Below, piece after piece: positions 58,970 to 64,000 of a DNA stretch of 64,000 nt (its first letter is position 1; each line of letters opens with the position of its first letter). Below the pieces are notes generated by a model. It was not told the origin of the DNA. It did not search any database and saw only the letters and a list, made by a program, of their open reading frames with translations. The position numbers and the translations under genes are program-made. The stretch comes from an uncultured bacterium (lineage in GTDB: Bacteria > Patescibacteriota > Saccharimonadia > Saccharimonadales > Saccharimonadaceae): contig CALHIM010000011.1 of the NCBI GenBank assembly GCA_938030735.1, positions 173,480 to 237,479 of the forward strand, written 5' to 3'.

Positions 58970-59011
58970 TACTTGATTTTTAGATTATAATTTGGTAAAA
59001 TGGTTTGGTAT

Positions 59012-59086
59012 TGGGATGTCGCCAAGTGGTAAGGCACCAGGTTTTGGTCCTGGCATTCGGGGGTTCGAATCCCTCCATCCCAGCCA
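59012..59086 (+). tRNA. tRNA-Gln (TTG)
   Basis: Cloverleaf folded by hand. Anticodon stem-loop CCAGG-TTTTGGT-CCTGG. CCA encoded. Confidence 0.9.
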
Positions 59087-59276
59087 AGATAAAATGTTTA
59101 TTTTAAACGATTTATCTTGGCTTTTTATTTTTGATAATGTATTGACGCAAATTTATTTTTATAATATATCTTTCCATTTAGATTTTTTAATAAACATTAA
59201 GGAATATATTTTTTAAGATTAAAATAAACTAAAAAACCACTAATCTTTCGAAAAGTGATTTTAAATAATTTCTTTT

Positions 59277-59351
59277 TGGTGATCTTACCGGGAATCGAAC
59301 CCGGATTGCCAGGATGAAAACCTGGTGTCCTAACCGTTAGACGATAAGACC
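59277..59351 (-). tRNA. tRNA-Glu (TTC)
   Basis: Reverse complement reads GGTCTTATCGTCTAACGGTTAGGAC..., with anticodon loop TTTTCAT. CCA encoded. Confidence 0.9.
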
Positions 59352-59463
59352 ATTGAGCTGAGCTTTGGGGTGATAAAGCAACAACTCGTTTTAATTATAA
59401 CAAACTTTAAAAAATAATGCAACCCCTTTTTTAATAAAAATAAAAGTGGTATAATGTATAAGT

Positions 59464-60894
59464 ATGGAAAATAATGTTTACAAACGAACAAAAATTTTGG
59501 CTACGATCGGCCCAGCAAGCGACAGCCCTGAAATGATCGAAAAACTTATCAACGCAGGAATCAACGGAGCTCGATTGAATTTCTCTCATGGCTCATATGA
59601 AGAACATGCTGCAAAAATTAAAGCAGTTCGCGAAATTAGCAAAAAGCTAGGTCGTGAAATTGCAATTTTGCAAGATTTGCAAGGTCCAAAGATTCGTCTT
59701 GGAGATATTGTAGATAATCGTTTTGAAGTTAATGAAGGTGATGAATTGGTTCTTGACTATGCAATTCAGCAGCATGATGGCTCGGCTAATTTGCCAGTTC
59801 AATACAACTTGGCCGAAAAGGTTAAAGTTGGTGAGCCTGTTTATATTTTTGACGGAAAAGTTCGAACAGAAGTTATTGAAGTGCCTTCAAATACTGCAAT
59901 TAAATTGCGAGTTTTGAATAAAGGAACTTTAATGAGCCGAAAAGGCCTAAACTTGCCAGATACAGATTTTGGTGGTGATGTTATTACTGAAAAAGATATG
60001 CGGGATCTTGAATTCGGCGCAACCCAAGACATCGATTATGTAGCGATGAGCTTTGTGCAAACTGCTGAAGATATTGAAAACGTTCGTCAGCTTCTTGTGA
60101 GTCATAATAGCGAAGCACAAGTTATTGCGAAAATTGAAACTAAAAAAGCTGTTTCTGATGAAGAACTTGAAAAAATCGTTCTTGCTGCTGATGGTGTGAT
60201 GATCGCTCGTGGCGACATGGCTTATGAAGTTGCTCCAGAAGTTGTACCAATTATCCAACGAAAAGCTGTTGCTCTTTGTCGAAAACATGGAAAAATTTCA
60301 ATTGTTGCAACTCAAACAATGGGTTCAATGGTTGATAATCCACAACCTTCTCGTGCAGAAGTTTCTGACGTTGCTAACGCTGTAATTCAAGGTGCTGATG
60401 TTGTAATGCTTTCAGATGAGTCTGCAACTGGTAAATACCCAGAAGAAACTGTAAAAGCGATGCGTGATGTTATCATGTATACTCAAGAACACGCAGCAGT
60501 TTCGCCAATTGATGATATTGTTGAGCGCGGTGAAGATGAAGCTTTAAATGCAATTTCTCTTGCTGCAGTTGAGCTTGCAGAGCAAATTAATGCAGATGCT
60601 TTAATTGTTGAAACTAAATCTGGACAAACTGCTGCAACTGCTGCCGCAAACCGCCCAGCACTTCCAATTTATGCTGTAACAAGCTCAAATCGTGTTGCTC
60701 AACAACTTGGTTTGAATTATGCAACCCGAAGCTTCATCCGCCCAGATGGTGAATTTGCTGGTCTTGAACTCGCAAAAGAACTAAAAGCTAATGGAACATT
60801 TGGTAATAAAGATAAAGCAACAGTTGTTATTGTTTCTGGTCGTCAACCTGGATTAGTTGGTGGAACCGATACAATTCGCGTTCGAACAATCTAA
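59464..60894 (+). CDS. pyk: pyruvate kinase
   Basis: KRTKILATIGPAS N-terminus, MIARGDMAYEV, 476 aa. TGgTATAAT ends 8 nt before the ATG. Confidence 0.9.
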   Translation: MENNVYKRTKILATIGPASDSPEMIEKLINAGINGARLNFSHGSYEEHAAKIKAVREISKKLGREIAILQDLQGPKIRLGDIVDNRFEVNEGDELVLDYAIQQHDGSANLPVQYNLAEKVKVGEPVYIFDGKVRTEVIEVPSNTAIKLRVLNKGTLMSRKGLNLPDTDFGGDVITEKDMRDLEFGATQDIDYVAMSFVQTAEDIENVRQLLVSHNSEAQVIAKIETKKAVSDEELEKIVLAADGVMIARGDMAYEVAPEVVPIIQRKAVALCRKHGKISIVATQTMGSMVDNPQPSRAEVSDVANAVIQGADVVMLSDESATGKYPEETVKAMRDVIMYTQEHAAVSPIDDIVERGEDEALNAISLAAVELAEQINADALIVETKSGQTAATAAANRPALPIYAVTSSNRVAQQLGLNYATRSFIRPDGEFAGLELAKELKANGTFGNKDKATVVIVSGRQPGLVGGTDTIRVRTI

Positions 60895-60998
60895 TTTTAT
60901 AAAATAAATAAGATAAGCGTTTCAAGTAGGGAGCGCTTATTTTTATTTATATTAATCAAATAAAATTAGCCAATCTTTCGAGAGGCTAATTTTAGGTT

Positions 60999-61934
60999 TT
61001 ATTGTGTAATTATTGTTCCAAGATTTTTCGAAATTGCATCTTGAGCGTTTTCAAGGCTCGTAATGATTGCTTTTCCACCAGTTTTTGCGAATTTTAGTGA
61101 AGCTTGGATCTTTGGTAGCATTGAACCTGCGCCGAATTGGTCTTCTTTAATATATTTCTCTGCTTCTTCTGGTGAAATTACACTCAAAGCTTGTTGATTT
61201 TCTTTTCCATAATTAATCATTGCGTTATCAACACCGGTTAAAATTAATAGTGTATCGGCGTTAATTTTTTCAGCTAAAAGTTCTGCGGCAAAGTCTTTAT
61301 CGATCACGGCATCAACTCCTTCGAAAGAATTCTTTCCATTTGAAACTATTGGAATTCCACCACCACCGGCCGCTATAACAATTGCACCAGTTTTCATAAA
61401 GTCAATAATCGCATCACTTTCAAGAATATGGATTGGTTTTGGTGAAGGAATAACTCGCCGCCATCCGCGCCCGGAATCTTCTTTAACGACATAACCTTTT
61501 TCGGCTGCAACCTTTTGAGCTTCTTCTTCGGAATAGAATGGACCAATTGGCTTTGTTGGGTTTTTAAAAGCTTGGTCGTCTTTCGAAACTTCAACTTGAG
61601 TAACAATGGTTGTAGCATTTTTCGAAATTCCGTTTTTTGAAAGTTCTTCTTTTAAAGCTTTTTGGATCCAATAACCAATCATTCCTTGAGTCATTCCCAC
61701 GCTAACATGAAGGGGCATTGCAGGGGTTGAAGGTGAATTTCCGGCTTCCTCATGAAGGACTAGATTTCCAACTTGTGGGCCATTACCATGAACAATCACT
61801 AACTCATGACCATCTTTAATGAGAGGAATAAGCTTTTGAACTGTTTCTTTTGCAACTTCTTCTTGAACCTGTGCAGTTAATTCACCATTTTTTTGTAAAG
61901 CATTGCCACCAAGTGCAACAACGATTTTTGACAT
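60999..61934 (-). CDS. arcC: carbamate kinase
   Basis: KIVVALGGNAL N-terminus, 311 aa, amino-acid kinase fold pattern. TGcTATAAT promoter and AAAGGA SD upstream. Confidence 0.9.
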   Translation of the reverse strand: MSKIVVALGGNALQKNGELTAQVQEEVAKETVQKLIPLIKDGHELVIVHGNGPQVGNLVLHEEAGNSPSTPAMPLHVSVGMTQGMIGYWIQKALKEELSKNGISKNATTIVTQVEVSKDDQAFKNPTKPIGPFYSEEEAQKVAAEKGYVVKEDSGRGWRRVIPSPKPIHILESDAIIDFMKTGAIVIAAGGGGIPIVSNGKNSFEGVDAVIDKDFAAELLAEKINADTLLILTGVDNAMINYGKENQQALSVISPEEAEKYIKEDQFGAGSMLPKIQASLKFAKTGGKAIITSLENAQDAISKNLGTIITQ

Positions 61935-62063
61935 TTATTTTTCCTTTTTGTTTTTAATTTAATAATATAGATAAATTATAGCATAAGTTTTTTAGAAAGT
62001 CAATATTATTTCATAATAAAAAAGACACAACTCGTCAAAGTTATGTCTGTAACAATCTTGTAT

Positions 62064-62140
62064 TGGTCGGGGTGAAAGGACTCGAACCTTCGACCTCACG
62101 GTCCCAAACCGCGCGCGCTAGCCAACTGCGCCACACCCCG
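62064..62140 (-). tRNA. tRNA-Pro (TGG)
   Basis: Reverse complement reads CGGGGTGTGGCGCAGTTGGCTAGCGC..., with anticodon loop TTTGGGA. CCA encoded. Confidence 0.9.
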
Positions 62141-62202
62141 AGATTAACTCGAAATATACAACCATTATAACGCATATATTTCGAAAAATCAAGCAAAAAA
62201 AT

Positions 62203-62844
62203 CTATTTTGAATATTTTTTTCGCCATTCTTCAATTTTGGCGTGATGCCCGCTTAACAAAACTTCTGGAACTTTCATTCCGCGGAAATCTGCTGGTCTTG
62301 TAAATTGTGGAAATTCCAGATTATCACCGTCTGAATAACTTTCAATTTCGGCTGATTTTTCGCCACCAAGTACGCCGGGAATTAGGCGTACTATGCTATC
62401 GATTATTGCCATTGCGGGAATTTCGCCACCAGTTAAAATAAATTTACCAATACTTATTTTTTCGTCAACAATTTCGAAAATTCGTGAATCAAACCCTTCA
62501 TATCGTCCGCATAAAATAATTAAATCTTCGCCGGAATTAGCTTTTTCTTGGGCTTTTTCTTGATTCCAGATATTCTCGCTTGGGGTCATTGCGATAATTT
62601 TTGCATTTGGTGAATTATTTTTTGCAAACTCGACTGCTTCGAAAAGAGGCTCTGGTTTTAAGAGCATTCCATCTCCTCCACCATAGGGAATGTCATCAAC
62701 TTGCTTGCGTATTCCAATACCAAAATTACGTAAATTAATAATTTCGAAAGAAACTACATTTTGATTTTGTGCTTTCCACATCATTGCATTATTTAAAACT
62801 GGTTCAAACATTTCAGGGAAGAGAGTGATCACTTGAATTTTCAT
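62203..62844 (-). CDS. trmD: tRNA (guanine37-N1)-methyltransferase
   Basis: MKIQVITLFPEMFEPVLN N-terminus and the C-terminal knot region IPAMAIIDSIVRLIPGVLG. Confidence 0.9.
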   Translation of the reverse strand: MKIQVITLFPEMFEPVLNNAMMWKAQNQNVVSFEIINLRNFGIGIRKQVDDIPYGGGDGMLLKPEPLFEAVEFAKNNSPNAKIIAMTPSENIWNQEKAQEKANSGEDLIILCGRYEGFDSRIFEIVDEKISIGKFILTGGEIPAMAIIDSIVRLIPGVLGGEKSAEIESYSDGDNLEFPQFTRPADFRGMKVPEVLLSGHHAKIEEWRKKYSK

Positions 62845-63048
62845 ATTAATTTATTTTACCATTTTTTAGATTTTTTTGCAAAATGAATAAACTAAAAATC
62901 TAGCCAAGATATTATGGCCAGATTTTTAACAAGTATAAGCTCTCAAACTTTCCTCAGTTTGCTCGCATAGAGCTTTGACTTTTTTGTTTTTCCGCAGTTC
63001 TTTCGAAATCTAAAACTCCACAACAGATTTCGAACTGAACTGTTTATA

Positions 63049-63402
63049 TTATAACGCAATATCGTCTAATTCTGCAAGCTCTTTTCGAGTTTGTTCTGCG
63101 AAAGTATTTGTGTTTTCCACAGGTGCATCTGTTGAATTTTCCACAGCTTCAGTTTTTTCTTCGCTATCGCTAATTTTTAGATTATAATGAGCATTATTTT
63201 TTAGCGCCAGAGCTCGAAGAAGCGCACGAAGGCTTTGCGCAGTTGCTCCACGGCGACCAATAATTCGGCCCAAGTCTTCTTTATTCACAGTCAAAGTTAA
63301 TAAAACACCTTTTTCATCAATTGTGCGCTCAACTTTTACGTCTTCCGGATTTTCAACTAAATTTTTAACGATATATTCAACAAACTGTTGGTCTATTGTC
63401 AT
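63049..63402 (-). CDS. KH-domain RNA-binding protein (YlqC/UPF0109-like) with acidic C-terminal extension
   Basis: LGRIIGRRGATAQSLRALL contains the GxxG KH motif. AAGGAG SD. Confidence 0.75.
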   Translation of the reverse strand: MTIDQQFVEYIVKNLVENPEDVKVERTIDEKGVLLTLTVNKEDLGRIIGRRGATAQSLRALLRALALKNNAHYNLKISDSEEKTEAVENSTDAPVENTNTFAEQTRKELAELDDIAL

Positions 63403-63427
63403 TTTTCAGATACTCCTTTTATTCAGT

Positions 63428-64000
63428 TTATGCTTTAATTGTATCACTTTTCGAACGTTTTTTCAACCATTCGATTATAATAAAAATTATAGTAAAAATT
63501 ATCATTAGTATTGCGTAAAGTTCGAAAGCACGCCCTGAAAGTACACCGATTTCAATCAGTGGTCTAAAGAGAATTGCGGTTACTATAAACGCACTGATTG
63601 ACCAAATAATAAGAAGGATTCTCCAGAAATTAAGTGGTAGGCAGGCGCGGATTACTGAGAGCATTCCGATCGAACCGAGTAAATAATACGAAACTGTCGA
63701 AACTTCTTGAGGGATCCAGCCGTTAAGCGAACCCCAAATTCGTACGAAAATAACCGAGAATACCACCATTAGCGCACTAGGCAAGGCCATTAGGAGTGAT
63801 TTTTTAATAAAATCTTTTTCAACAGGTTGAATATTTTTTTCGAAAGTGAGAACAAAAGGTGGGAAGCCTTCAACAAACTGGTCGATCAATGTAACTTGAA
63901 TTGGGATGAACGGGAAAATCAAGAGAAGATTTTTATCAAATAGTAAAGCGCTTAAAATACAAATAATTGCCAAAATGAACGAATAGATCGTTTTGATCAA
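63428..64000 (-). CDS. P-type cation-transporting ATPase, C-terminal membrane part (5' part outside window)
   Basis: The frame is open to the window edge. IPIQVTLIDQFVEGFPPFVLTFE resembles the TM6 region of P-type ATPases, followed by four more TM helices. Confidence 0.6.
   Translation of the reverse strand: MIKTIYSFILAIICILSALLFDKNLLLIFPFIPIQVTLIDQFVEGFPPFVLTFEKNIQPVEKDFIKKSLLMALPSALMVVFSVIFVRIWGSLNGWIPQEVSTVSYYLLGSIGMLSVIRACLPLNFWRILLIIWSISAFIVTAILFRPLIEIGVLSGRAFELYAILMIIFTIIFIIIEWLKKRSKSDTIKA

Noticed and set aside
59142-59165. TTGACG ... TATAAT promoter-like pair between tRNA-Gln and tRNA-Glu
   Set aside because: The spacer is only 12 nt and nothing transcribable follows on the plus strand.
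58992-59216. 74-aa ORF
   Set aside because: It overlaps tRNA-Gln (59012..59086) and its terminator, so it is not a gene.
60895-60998. Switch from plus- to minus-strand genes at about 61 kb as a replication terminus or dif site
   Set aside because: Minus-strand genes also occur at 7.5, 26, 30, 42 and 52 kb. I saw no dif-like sequence in the gap, and I cannot compute GC skew reliably by eye.
1-64000. CRISPR arrays, rRNA genes, IS elements, transposases, integrases and prophage genes
   Set aside because: I looked for regularly spaced repeats, rRNA-like conserved stretches and recombinase motifs in all ORFs. I found none.

Overview
The window is AT-rich (about one third GC by eye), very gene-dense and mostly plus-strand. 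It looks like a reduced-genome, Gram-positive-type bacterium of the CPR/Patescibacteria kind, probably Saccharibacteria-like; this is an inference from gene content. Supporting content: arginine deiminase pathway, phosphoketolase, class I aldolase, MurT/GatD, a short ComEC, and several shortened housekeeping proteins. I can support about 60 protein genes. These include arcA-arcB plus a YfcC-type carrier, aspS, trmB, uvrA, galE, uvrC, yebC, hrcA-grpE, xfp, dnaK, dnaJ, secG, murC, comEC, tsaE-tsaB-murT-gatD, pyk, arcC and trmD. There are nine scattered single tRNAs, all with an encoded CCA, three CIRCE operators, and several clean intrinsic terminators. I found no rRNA, CRISPR array, transposase or integrase. 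Items most worth a second look: (1) the palindrome TTCGAA is roughly ten-fold over-represented, in all reading frames and in intergenic hairpins; (2) an AT-rich two-gene operon (GmrSD-type DUF262/DUF1524 nuclease plus an unknown 211-aa partner) sits between grpE/xfp and dnaK; (3) a translationally coupled module of a 6-TM protein, a stand-alone ATP-cone protein and a Cys-less Lpd-like flavoprotein; (4) a degenerate PfkB-like domain fused to a class I aldolase; (5) a histidine phosphatase/glycosyltransferase fusion in an AT-rich islet next to tRNA-Asn; (6) a promoter-to-terminator candidate structured ncRNA between grpE and xfp; (7) widespread leaderless or near-leaderless transcripts driven by TGnTAnAAT extended -10 boxes. 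All family assignments come from motif recognition by eye, with no database searches.
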